A DNA stretch of 64,000 bases from Eledone cirrhosa (lineage: Eukaryota): NCBI GenBank assembly GCA_964016885.1, contig CAXHJY010000830.1:186001-250000 (forward strand), written 5' to 3'. The notes beneath the pieces were generated by a model. That model worked only from the letters and a program-made list of their open reading frames with translations, had not been told where the DNA came from and ran no database searches. Every line of letters begins with the position of its first letter. The stretch's first letter is position 1. Both the position numbers and the translations under genes were made by a program. Shown piece after piece: positions 25,623-38,169 of this stretch.

Positions 25623-26711
25623 TGTACCCCTTCCATACACATACACATGTGTATATCATGACTCATGCACTGTTCATTTTCCTGACGTTTGTACATTACC
25701 CTATGTACTATACATACACTTTTTGATGAGTTGTAGTGCACCTGAGCACTGTACACAATATTTTCATTATTATTATTATTATTATTATGATAATTCTAAA
25801 ACTAAAGAAGTAGTGTTTGGCTCATTCTCTAGTGGTATTTGATTGGAAAAAGATTTATTATGAATGCTATCAAACTAAGTTAGTCTATAAGATACAAATG
25901 TGACATTTAAAGTTTAATACATTGAATCCACCAGCCTGGTATTCCATTTCCAACCATGTCTGATTACATCCTGCCAACCCTGTATTCTGTTCTGCTGTGT
26001 ACTTCTGTTTACTCTTGTTACTATACCATTTTCTGCTCAAATCAATGATCATATTACATATTTACTTTAAGTCCAAGTTCTTTAGTAAGGCATTGCTGTG
26101 ATTTTTGTCAAGTTCATACATTTATTATCTTTTCTCTGGTTTAATTAATAAATACAAAGTTTTCATTGATTTTCATGTGGATGGCCAGGGTAAGGGAACA
26201 TAAATATGGCTTGTGGAAGAAGGGAATCATGGTTCAAAGAGTTATAGGAATAAATTATTTGATTTTTGTATATAGTTTTAAATAAAGTATTATGAATATT
26301 ATTTGAAGCCACATTTTCAACAAGGGCTCAGCTGGATTCGTTTTTACTCTGCCTTTTCTGGGCAATAACAACTTTATGAAGAATATTTTTACAGATATCC
26401 AAATAACTAGAGCAGTGGTTGCCAACTTGTGATTCATTAACCCGTAGTATCGGGATCCATCAACTTGTTAAGTAGACAAGCCTTTCATCCATGGAAGAAC
26501 TATTTTAACTAAACAGAGTACTTGACAGTGAAAATGTGTGGAACCACAGGATTAGAGCCCTCAAATATGATACATACATGAGAAATCAGTATTAAATAGG
26601 TCAATTTAAAATAATCATAAGTAATATTACATTTGTTCTAAATATATGTTATGAATTTTCTTCATTCGTTCCACAGAGAAACAGAAAATTTAAATCGTTG
26701 ATATTACATAT

Positions 26712-27075
26712 ATCATCATCATCATCATTACTGCCACCATTTTCAACTTCTGTTTTATAATGTCTGCAAGTTTTCTTTAAAGAAAATCATTTCTCAGTAC
26801 AGTCATTTTATCTGTGAAGTCCATATTATGAGATTTGCTGACCTCACTGTCTTTGTTTTCCTCTACCATGAGTAACATCCACTGACAGCTAATAGCATTT
26901 TTCAGCCAACATTCATTGTCTATTTGCATCACGTGCCCATACAGGTGCAGTCATCTCTGTAGCAAATATTGGTCATTAATTTTAATATGCAGCCCATTTT
27001 CTTAGGTCACCAGTACTCTGCTATTCATAATATTAAGACATACACTATTTCATTAAACATGGCTATTTCTATTTC
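26712..27075 (-). mobile_element. Old RTE LINE 3' remnant
   Basis: (cat)n tail; decayed LHLYGHVMQID..HGRGKQRQ frame. Confidence 0.6.
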
Positions 27076-29613
27076 AGCTTGCGATGAAGGCTATATGGAC
27101 GAACTAAATGCACTTACATTGCATATGAACTGACTATATAGTAAAAAGTAAAAGCACCATGTCCTGACTGCCACAGTCCACTCAATGAACTATTATATGA
27201 TAGCAGAGTTGGTAAAATGTAGGACAAAATGCCTTGTAGTATTTGATCCAACTCTCAAAACCCAAATTGAATGTACATTTCACCCTTTCAAGGTTGATAA
27301 AATAAGTACAAGCCTAAGGTGATGGATTCCAAAACGATTCCCACTAGTTTATATTCTGGTGCTTTGTGTTCTCAGCTGAAATCAAATTGTGGCCTACTTG
27401 AGAAGTACTCATAATCTGTTACTCAGGTTAACACTATAACTTAGCATTTGGGTGACTTTAGCAGAGTCCATGGCAAGCATTCAATGCAGGTCTCATGTTT
27501 GAAGCTATCCACTTTCTGCCCTTTCACCTTTCACATGATCCAGAAAGGTTCACCAGCACTGCCACTCCCTCCTTGATGAAACATTTAAATAAGTGTCTAA
27601 CCACATTTAAATGAATTCTATCCAGAATGTGAGTGAATGAGGAACAATGAACAATATAGGCAGATTATCTGTAGTAACTGGTGACGCAGAAGTTTCATTT
27701 GATTCAATGATGTGTAATGTTATCACTCAAAGGAGGTCAAGTACCAATGAGTTTAAAGAGCCACTAAGCACAAAAAAATAACATCGAAATAAATAAAATT
27801 TATATTTTATGTTAGGAAAAGAAGGCAGGATATACTTGAAAACACCTAGTCTCATAAAGGATATTAGGAAGTTATATATGGTATTGCAGCTCCTAATACA
27901 TAGTAACACTAAGAAACATATCTATTACTCCTATTTATAAAATAGGAAATATATTTAAATCAACACCACCATTGCCATCATCATCATTTTTACATCCACT
28001 TTTTTATACTGACATGGACTAGATGGGGCATTTTGAGGCAGTATTTTACAGTTGCATCTCCTTTTCTTTATTAAATATATAACAATGGATTGTGTACAGA
28101 GATCATGTACACACGAACATATAAGTCTTTGTCATACGTATTACAGAATCAATACTGACCAGATAGGGAAATATATCATTACAGAATTAAGAAAATATAT
28201 TATCCCCCTCTCCTCCCAAAAAAATCAAACTGTTTTTCAATAGTAAATCAATGAAGATGATGAAAGATAATGAAATATAAAGAACATACCAATATTTTAC
28301 AGTCAAAGGATTAAGCATAAAGAAAAATATAAGGAAACATTGTCACAAATGGTTAATGTCAATTCTATATTCCTATTTATCCTAGGTAATATCAGGCTTT
28401 TCAAAAATCTATTAAAGCTACAATGAATTTTCTTTAACATTATAGAATCCTAAAGAAAATTATAAATAGATATTGATCACAGTAATTTGAGGAGTAATTA
28501 AAATGTTGGTGATGCATGTATGTTGTTTTTTTATATATTAGTTATAGTTTCTAAACATTTCTCATTGTCTTCAAGAAACATTTATATGGTTACATTTTAA
28601 TACTTCAAGAAAAATTCATAAATTGATAAAAAAATATATTTTTGTTTCATTTTTATTTTTTTGTCTGTAAATGTATGTACATTTTCCAATATTCTAATTG
28701 TACATTATATATTTCCCAAAAACAGAAGCCATCCATAAATTATAGTCTGAACTGCCAAGATAACTATCATAAAACAAAAACAATATCAAACCTGTAACAG
28801 ATTAATTCAGTTGAATGCACAACATTTACAGCTCAATGCCTTAATTTGTAGGCTATTATAAATATGCAAGATATAAATGAATTTTCTAAGTAAAATAATT
28901 AATTCGCATTTGAGTTTCTGTTTATTGTTCTGAAAAGAAACTATTACAGAATCTTGAAATGTAATATGGCAGGCACAAAAAGTCGAAATAGGAGTGGAAC
29001 AAAAAGGAATATTCATAAACGATTTTCAAAATCTTTTGTCAAAAGTCATCTTGGCAAACCACTTGCTGAATGAATTGCATTCACATACATCAGTATGCCA
29101 AACAAAAATCAAAAGATACTAAATCAACACAAGAAATAAAGAGTAAAAAACAAAAAGAAGCAGCAGGAGTTATTTCAAACACTGAATGAGTCTAAAATTT
29201 TATATTCTAAATTATTTCATTTTGACTATTTTCCTTCAAATGAATGCCAAAATATTTATTTAAATATATTAAAATAAATACATACTGGAATTGTATAGAG
29301 TTCATTGTATAATAAATTAGGGTGTATCCAGTAATATAAAATTAGACAAAGGATTAAATGTTTTTGTATTTGTTTTGCAAGACTTTTGATGTGAAATCAT
29401 GTGTTGAAACAGATATTGTTATAGTTCAGGAAGGTGTTGCTGCTGATAAAAACTCACTCACCACTAGAATTTCGCTTCACTTCATTATTAGTTGAATAAA
29501 TAATCCATTCATTGGTTAGATTAGTAATTCAGTGGTTGTTTAATTGTTTATTGTCAAAGCTCTTTTGTCACACAACTATTCGTGCTACTGTATGTCTCCT
29601 TTTCGTTGTTGTT

Positions 29614-29673
29614 TTACTCCATCTTGTCTTTTTGAGGTGTATATCTTATCTGCACAAGTGCATTTGTTTGTCT
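29614..29673 (-). CDS. Candidate (terminal) exon of the host gene, RQTNALVQIRYTPQKDKME* if phase 0
   Basis: Strong acceptor ccttatcttatcctctcacag| after ~86 AG-free nt; AATAAA/ATTAAA ~60-70 nt past the stop; covered by a complementary intronic element. Confidence 0.45.
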   Translation of the reverse strand, partial: RQTNALVQIRYTPQKDKME

Positions 29674-29889
29674 CTGTGAGAGGATAAGATAAGGACAAAC
29701 AAAAACAAATCGCATAGGATATACGGACAGACACACACAGGGAATACAAAAAATAGAATAACTACATAGTGAAGACACACATATGCACAAAGACTTGGAG
29801 GAGGAACGAAACATAGACACACATACACACATATTTTAAACACTGAAGTTTATAGGAGTAGCAACACATGGATACACAAATATGCACAC

Positions 29890-29949
29890 ACAAACGCACA
29901 TGCATGCACAGACCAAATGCACACCTCAAAAAGACAAGATGGACTAAAA
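29890..29949 (-). promoter_or_regulatory. Candidate editing complementary sequence (ECS) pairing with 29612-29667
   Basis: 23-bp perfect inverted repeat (29618-29640 / 29921-29943), extended by G-U-rich pairing on the minus strand. Confidence 0.6.
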
Positions 29950-30890
29950 TAGAATAAAGGAAAAAAGGAGATTAACAAAAATAGTCTTTGAGGAGGGCAG
30001 AGGATGTTTGAGTAACGAAAGAGCATTGACAATAAACATGACAATTAACTATTATCTGGATACTAAACAAATCGATGAATGGATTAGTTACTCAATTAAT
30101 AATAAGCTGAAATGAAAGTGCATGTGTTTTTATTGGCTGCAATGACCCTCCAAAAGTATAACAATATATACAAAATGTTATCTGTTCAGCTTTTTATATC
30201 ATCCCAATACAATCTCTAGTTCAATTCTTAGTTCTTAACATACAGAATGTTTCCTTAAAACAGCAAATTGGCAGAGTTGTTAGGGTGCCAGGCTGAATGC
30301 TACAGTATATTTTTTGGTTCATTGTACACTGAATTCAAATTTGACTGAGGTCAATTTTGCCTTTCATTCTTTCTAGGTCAATAAAAAGTACCAGTACAAG
30401 AATAGTGGTTTGGTGGAATTGTTAATGAATCAGTATGTGATTTAGCTCTGCACATTCTGAGTTCAAGCCTGCAACTGGAAGATAGTATTAGCAATGGAAA
30501 AATCAATGTAAACATTATTTCTTTAGTACAAACTGACAATCAGTTCTTTTCTTCGATTTTTCTTTAAATTCTTAATAGTTTGACTTTTCAATAGAAATAG
30601 CAATGATACATAAAACCTTAATTATCTATATGGTTCATTTGATTAAAATAAAACAGGAAGGAATTTTCTTTTTCCATGATGCAATGCTTCTCTTATACAG
30701 GTAGGTGTCTATCTGTTTCTAAAGCTAGGTGAAAAGCCAATGTGTTCTGCCCATAAATAGGATTTATACTAGCAGTTCAGTATTTTATTCAGTTAGTTAT
30801 TTCTCAACAATTAACAATTAAACAACTCCACTAATTTTTTTTTTTCTGTGTAGCATAACTTTTATTTAGTGAAACTGATGCAGGCAATTT

Positions 30891-31041
30891 TGTGTGGTTA
30901 AGAGGTTTGTTTTGTAACAATGTGGATTGTAATTCAGTATCACGTGGTTCCTTGAGCAAGAGTCTCCACCTATAGCCTAGGGCTTATCAATGCCATGAGA
31001 ATGATATTTGGTTGATAGAAACTGAGTGAAAGCCTACCATG
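30891..31041 (+). mobile_element. tRNA-derived SINE (second family), directly followed by a mariner
   Basis: gtgtggttaagaggtttg..ccttgagcaag..tatagcct..gaaactgagtgaaagcc. Confidence 0.6.
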
Positions 31042-31043
31042 TA

Positions 31044-31931
31044 CGAGGTGGTATCAAAAAGTTTCCAACCTAGTTCTGTAGGCTGCCAACAACAGATGGC
31101 AACACACAGCTGCATGCACAGTGAGAGCTAGCTGTGACCTTCATGTGCCAGAGTTCCTAGTGACATTACTGTGTTCACTTCACAAGTTGTGAAATTTATG
31201 TTTTTGTGACCACAGCTATGTCGTAGCCTGCAATATTGTCATAAACAGGAAGTTGGAACAAGGAGCCAATGTGAAATGTTGCATTCAACTTGGGAACTCG
31301 GCTAAAGAGACATTGAGCATGCTTCGGCAAGCTTACAGCAATGGGGCAATGGGTTGTACACAATGTTTTGAGTTGCATGGGCACTTTAAAAGTGGAAGAA
31401 TGTCCCTGGAAGATGATGAGTGATCTGGAAGACCTGCCACATGCGTCAGCCCCAAAAATGTGGATAATTTATCCCCATGGCCAGACAGTCAATCGAGAGT
31501 TCTACTGCAACGTTTTGAGGTGTTTGAGGGAGGACGTTCAGCAAAAGTGACCAGAGCACAAAGAATTAGATTCTTTATGATAACAATGCACCCTGTCACT
31601 GAGCTCTCCTCACTTGTGTGTTTCTTGCTCAAAACAACATTGTATCACTTCCGCACCCACCCTATTTGCCACATTTAGCACATGTAGACTTCCATCTCTT
31701 CTCCAAGCTGAAAATGCAGCTCAAAGGTCATCGTTTTAACACCATTGCCAAGATCTAGAGTGAATCACAGAAGGTCCTCAACTCACTTATGGAAAACGAC
31801 TTCCACACCTGATTCCAAAAGTGGCAGGAACTCTGGGACTAGTGTATTGCCGCACAAGGTGACTATTTTGAAGGTAAATATATATATTTTTTTTAACATA
31901 ACTAGTCCGGGAACTTTTTGATACCACCTTG
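31044..31931 (+). mobile_element. Mariner DNA transposon, internally deleted
   Basis: TA TSDs; TIRs cgaggtggtatcaaaaagt / actttttgataccaccttg; transposase remnants LGNSAKETLSMLRQAY, SLEDDE*SGRP, GQTVNREFY, PHPPYLPHLAHVDFHLF, AQGDYFE. Confidence 0.95.
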
Positions 31932-33628
31932 TATATGCATGTAAATGTATGTCTCTATGAGTCTCTTCAGGCTGAGATTTAAAAACAAGCAATGCTATTT
32001 TATTTTAAGCCTTGCATAAACAATATATTTAACAACTTATCAGTTTAGGTGCAATAAGTACCACACTTAGAAATAATATGTAGGCTTGCATCAGAAAGGG
32101 AATCTGGCTATAAATAAACCAATCTTTCAACACATTCCAGCATAGAAAAACGGGTGTAATGATGATGATGAATGAAATATATAAACTTACATGTAACAAT
32201 GACCTATTCATTGGGACAAACAATGTTACTGGGTCAAAATAGAACTAGCAAGAAGTATTAAAAATATAAGCCAAAGATCACTATAAAGTATCCCTATAGA
32301 AATTGGATAAAGTATTTTTTTACATAGTTATGTTTCTAATTATTTCATTGTGTAAGAGCTAAGCTAATTCCTTGTAGACATTCTCTTAGTATCAAAGAAT
32401 TAAATAAATATTTGTTTTGGGGTTTCTGTGCTACCAAGAAAATGTATTGTATTAAGTATGGTCAGAATACAATGTTTCCTCCAAAAGCATTTGATAAAAA
32501 AAATTGAATGCTTATTGTGGTAAATATGCCATAGATAAAAACAATGGTTCAAGTATAATCAACAAATATTTTTTTTAAATTACAGAAAAAAATGAAATGG
32601 AAAGCAAATTATGATAAACTGATTGTATTGAAACTAGAGTTAATTCTAAATGTCATTACCAAATGATTGCTTATATATTGATGTTCTTATTCGAACAAAT
32701 AATTCTTTCATTATATATTGCATTGTTGTTAAAAACTGAATTCATAACAAAAGAAAAGAAGAAAGTAAAACATCCAATTCCTTACTAAATTATCTTTAAA
32801 AAATAAACTTAAAACATCATCATCATAGAAAAACATCAGCATGTTTAGATTGGCGCAATACACATACAAACTTTTAATGAACTCATTAAATACTGAAAAT
32901 AGATATGCTTTCCTATTGTCAAATATCTATACTAAAAGTGAAGTGTTATTGATCTGTGACTTGAACAGATGAGCAATCTGTGACTTGCACAGATGTGCAA
33001 TCTCTGACAAGATTTCATTTACTATACATTCTGTATTTCTAACTGACAGTACTTCACATTTAAGTAACCATCCCATATATCTGCAGTATCAAAAATCTGT
33101 TTGTGTATGTGTGTGTATATATAAAAGTGCATCTGTGTGTGTGTATGGATGTGTGTTACAGAGTGTACTAAATGCATTTTATTTTGGCACCAACCCTAGA
33201 AAGGCTGCCTTACAAATATTCAGAAATAGTATGCATGATATTGCAGGCTTTCAATAGTTAACTAGAATCAGTTTTATGTTTGAGTTATTTCATACTAGAT
33301 GTAGAAATGGTAGAGTATCAGATGATATTTCTTTCTAGTTTGTTAATTGATAAAAGATGTTATCAAAATACATTTAGCAGCTTAAAGCAAATTTGACACT
33401 CAAATAGAAAAGTATGGCTTCTCTAATATAAACATAAGCACATAATTTCCTTCTTTGGAGCAACGTTTTCATGGAACTCATCACACTTACAGTGTTGTTA
33501 CAACTGAGAATTATATCTTTTAAACCATTTTTTAGATGCTTAAAACGTGTCAAATTTCAAGTTTTCTTTTTCAAATATTCATCAAGTCATTTTCAAAATA
33601 TTAATTATAAGGCTGAATGCAAAGTATT

Positions 33629-33629
<1 letters not shown>

Positions 33630-33674
<45 letters not shown>

Positions 33675-33698
33675 GAGAGAGAGATGAGAGAGAGAGAC
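33630..33698. repeat. (GA)n microsatellite
   Basis: Direct reading. Confidence 0.95.
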
Positions 33699-35224
33699 GA
33701 AAGTTGAGAATGAGAGTATTATTATTATTATTCCCTTCAAAAGGCAATTCATTTGAACCAATTATTTGCATCTATGTATTTAGGTCATCTAATTAATGGT
33801 AATAGCCAGATTAAGAATATGAAATAAAGAATTTTCAATGTTTTTAACTAGACAGAGACACACACTTGAAGAAAAAATCTTTTCATCATATTGATTTGAT
33901 AATACAATGCTAATACAATAATATAAAAGCAATGGAGACTATGGTTATTTTGTTTGTAATGGCAACATAAGTCTGGTGTATAGTTTAAGAAGAAAACAGG
34001 AAAAAAATTGTGGAAAAGTAAAAGTTATCCAAGGTTTCTAGCATTAAAAGAAGAGTAAGCATTTGTTTCATTTCAAGTAAAGATATCCCAAGCAAAACCT
34101 AAAAATAGTTATCTACAATAATATTAAGGATTAGAAAATAATTTCACACACAGATAACTAAAATAAAGACATTACTTCATGTCACTATGGAAACAAATAT
34201 GTTGCATCTTAAACTTTTTGTATAAATCATTGAAAACAGCTGTTAAACACTTTATGGAATGTGACAGAAATCCCAAATATTATCTCATTTGCATATATAT
34301 GATATATATTTAGCACAAAATAACAAGATTATTTTTAAAGATATTTTCTTTTCAATTTAACTTTTTTAATGCATTTTTGTTACAAACCCATACAATTTCT
34401 TACTGTGATATGTTGTTTAATTCCTTCAATTTCATATGTAGCAAAATGCTTCTACATCTGCTCTGCAGATTGAATGAGTTATGTAAAATTTTAATTTGTG
34501 AGATATTTTCATAGTAACTGAGTAATTATGAGATAACAACTACTTCACAATAAAAGAATTCTAATATAGTTGATGAAATAAACCAAGAAATTTTAATTTA
34601 TTAGAATTAGACAATTTTGGTAAAAAAAATAAAAAAAATAAAGAGCAGGGTGTGGTTGTAGATAAACATTAAGAAAACATAACTATCTATCAGATAAATA
34701 AAGGGTGGGGTAGAGAGTAAGATAATAGGAATGGAATTATATAACTATCCAAAGTTAGTTTTCACAAATGAAATGAATTAAGTTTAGAATGAGCAAGTAT
34801 TCTGCTTTCTTCTAAACATTGTATTCCTTATTCCTAGACTAAATATTTTATTTCTTCAATATCTCATGATTATTGTATGTAATATCAATCTACTTTAAAA
34901 AAAAAAAACTGATGTGAGAGGCAACTAGAAGGTGTGGTTCCAGCAAGGACAACAAGCTGTAAAACATAACCTCAAAAAGCAACTGATTCCATCATGAATA
35001 GAAAGCTTGCCATGGGTCCATCAAGGCTAACCATTGCTTTAGCAGGGACATTGACATTAAAACACATAGTGTTAAGAAACTACATGGAACTTACCAAAGA
35101 CAATCTGCTGGTTAAATAAATACCAGAATTCTTCACAATGGTGAGTATTTAGCCAGAAGAGAAATTTCACTCAAATACCAATTACTAAAACTACCATTGA
35201 AATATATAATATATCATATCATTA

Positions 35225-35597
35225 TTGGCAGTATCGGTAGAGGGTCGGACATGCTTTCCAGCATAGTTACGTCCCTTTACGATATGAGTTCAAATCCCGC
35301 CATGGTTAACTTTGCCTTTCAACCTTACAAGGTCAATAAAATAAAGTACCAGTAATGTACTGGGTAATTGCTGGTCCTGTGCCAAAAGTAGAAACAATTA
35401 TATAACATACACTGGCGGTGGATTGGCAGTATGAGTAGAGGGTCACACACCATGCTTTCCAGCATAGTTACGTCCCTTTACGGTCTGAGTTCAAATCAAG
35501 TTGAGGTTAACTTTACCTTTCATCCTTACGGGGTTGATAAAATAAAGTACCTGTAATGCACTTGGTAATTGCTGGCCTTGTGCCAAAAAGTAGAAAC
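35225..35597 (+). mobile_element. Two head-to-tail young Meta-core SINEs (35225-35395 and 35414-35597)
   Basis: The second copy has the full ggcggtgga head and is flanked by the direct repeat aattatataacatacact (35396-35413, 35598-35615). Confidence 0.9.
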
Positions 35598-35833
35598 AAT
35601 TATATAACATACACTATTATTTTAAAATATCTTAATGATTTCCTTCCAAGATCATTAAAGAAACATTACAAGCAGCTTGCTTAATTATGTGGAAAATTGT
35701 ACCCTAAGAAAATGAAATAATAGTTTATACACACACCTGTGTGTGTGTATGTGTATATATATATATATATCATCATCGGTTAACGTCCATATATATATAT
35801 ATATCATCATTATCGTTTATCGTCTATATATAT

Positions 35834-35864
<31 letters not shown>

Positions 35865-35921
35865 CACATACACACACGATTACATTATACCAGACCATTT
35901 GGAAATAAATTAAATATAATT

Positions 35922-36034
35922 GTTTCTACTTTAGGCACAAGGCCAGCAATTACCCAGTGCATCACTGGTACTTTATTTTATCGACCCCGTAAGGATGAAA
36001 GGCAAAGTCAACCTCAGCGGGATTTGAACTCAGA
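35922..36034 (-). mobile_element. 5'-truncated Meta-core SINE
   Basis: Reverse complement of the 3' two-thirds of 16883-17056. Confidence 0.9.
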
Positions 36035-36894
36035 AATACTAAATTAAGCTTATTTAGTCTAAAATCTGAAAATAGCCACAGTAATAATGAATGACAGTAT
36101 TCTACTTTTCAAGAGACAAGCTTTGATTTCAAACTGAATTTTGTTCAATGAATATTTAATTTTTTTTTAAATAATAACCGTGAGCAACTTTACTAATCAC
36201 CTACAGTTAAGACAGACATACTACACTACGACAACTACTAATCCTGGTGATTATTTAGATGATAACAACAATAGTAATTTTGGTAAGGAGCTAAGTAAGC
36301 CATTTGTTGTTGTTTTTAATTTGATTGCACTAACATTAGAAGTTTGAATGAAATTACAACTAAAAAGATATACAAAGTAAACAGATGATAAAGATGTTCT
36401 GATATTAAAGTAATAACTGCAGAGGGGAAAAAATGTAAAATTAGATTATATGGAACTTAAAAAGTCCTGCCTAATCAGCAGGTGACTGAAATAGGGGCAA
36501 ATAGTGATGCTGGTAATGATACTGTTTTCAGTAAATATATATTTTATTAATGAATCAGAATAGCAAGCAGAGGTTATTGTAGATTACACATGCCCAAGAT
36601 GCAGCACAGTGAAATTGAATGCATAGTCTCATAATTGTAAAATGTGTTTTGTAACAATACAGCCAGGCCTGTGCACACATCAAGAAAATAGAGGCAAGTA
36701 TAGCAAATATGACAACAAGTGCTCAGTTGATAACAGGAGCAGTTGTAATGTGGGAGAGTGTTTACATTATGGGAAAACTGAGAAAAATAAAAACAAATGG
36801 TAAATAAATCTACAAATAGAAGAAATGAAGCGAATTATCTTTAATATGTATACAATGTGAAGAGGAAGGAAACAAGATATAATCTATGTAATCA

Positions 36895-37060
36895 GTCAAC
36901 CAGTTAGGAAGAGTAGCAAAATCTTACTCAAACCTCCTCTTAAAACCTTAAAGAAAAAGCATACTAGACGATGATGCCATAGGTAAATAAAAAAACAAAA
37001 ATAATCAGGGTTAGAATGCCTTTGACAATAGGTCTGGCCGATCAAGGATAATTTGAGGTG
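36895..37060 (-). mobile_element. Old interspersed repeat (opposite-strand copy at ~43170-43360)
   Basis: Shared gatc..cagacct.t..tcaaaggcattc and agattt.gct.ct.tt..taac.g.ttga blocks. Confidence 0.5.
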
Positions 37061-37291
37061 AAAGAGCAACAAGGACAAAAAAATAAGTTCCAAAGGAATA
37101 CAATTTTGAACAAAAGCTTGCTAATTCAGAAACCATTAGACTAATGGTAATTACAGAAAGTTAAAGAACAGCATTTCAACATGCAAGTGGTTGTAATAAA
37201 TTAGAAAATGAAAGTTTGTCAACTAGTTACATGCCTTGTTTTTAAATCAAAAACTGCAATCTATAACATTTTTTCAGTGTGGTAACTGCTC

Positions 37292-37336
37292 TTATGAGAA
37301 GTATTGAACTAAATCAGAGTTCAAGTCCTTTTTGCG
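37292..37336 (-). CDS. Candidate short terminal exon (RKKDLNSDLVQYFS* if phase 0)
   Basis: tcttcatctttttttcag| acceptor after ~60 AG-free nt. Confidence 0.2.
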   Translation of the reverse strand, partial: RKKDLNSDLVQYFS

Positions 37337-37937
37337 CTGAAAAAAAGATGAAGATTTGACAAGGTGTAAGCATGGGATTCCCGTAAGGAGTCATCGGAGC
37401 TGGTGAGACTTAAGCACTTGTAAATTTAGGAAAGTCTTTAGTTTGTGAGCTTTTCATAACTAATATGTAGAGTTCTGCCGAAGAGGGTTGTGGGGTGCCT
37501 TCAGTAATGGCACAACAATCCCTCAAGTGATGATGCTGCAAAAGACACACCTAATATACACTGTAAATTAGTTGGTAATAGGAAAGATATTCAGATGTAG
37601 TTCAAAGAAACTCTGTAATGATGTGATCACCTCTCTAGTGTTAGTACCATAATAAAGCACACCCAGTACACAGTATTGAGTATGGGTACATATGTAAGTG
37701 AGATGCAGCCCCCTGATCTGTATGAGAAGTTAGTAGCTCTAGCTAAGTAATGACATTGTTTGTGGCAACCTGTCCAACCCTTGTTAACAGATGAAACAGA
37801 TGATGGCTCTTTCTTTTGTTACAAACAACATGTGTGCAATTAGAAAGATATTTAGTTGCAATTCCTTACACATAAAAACAGAACACAGAGACACACATGC
37901 AGTTACACAATGAATAGAGCCATGTGTTTACCAATAT

Positions 37938-37971
<34 letters not shown>

Positions 37972-38169
37972 TATACATACATGACCTTAGGCAGTACAAT
38001 TTTAGTTCATCTAAGCAGGATATTTAATCATTGGGAGTTTATGACTTACCAGGTAAACAACAGCAACAGATACCCACAAATCCAAATATACAAACTAACT
38101 CATATACACAAACTCCAAATAGGATCTTGCTTTCAATTTGTTTACTACATTCAGAAGAAAGTAATATAT

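Larger units (their letters stand above)
22104..25789 (+). mobile_element. CR1-group LINE: end of ORF1, near-complete disrupted ORF2, 3' UTR and (TTA)n tail
   Basis: APE motifs LNARSL, VTETW, GGGVMVYV, GDLNHPEIDW, LDLIFT, SDH; RT motifs SPGLDG, NYRPVSLTS, QFGF, DFAKAF, GVPQ.SVLGPLLF, YADD; C-terminal FFALRVAEAWNKLP. Confidence 0.95.

Noticed and set aside
28966-29073. 35-aa basic ORF MAGTKSRNRSGTKR..
   Set aside because: No homology or gene-structure support; composition is explained by the A-rich strand
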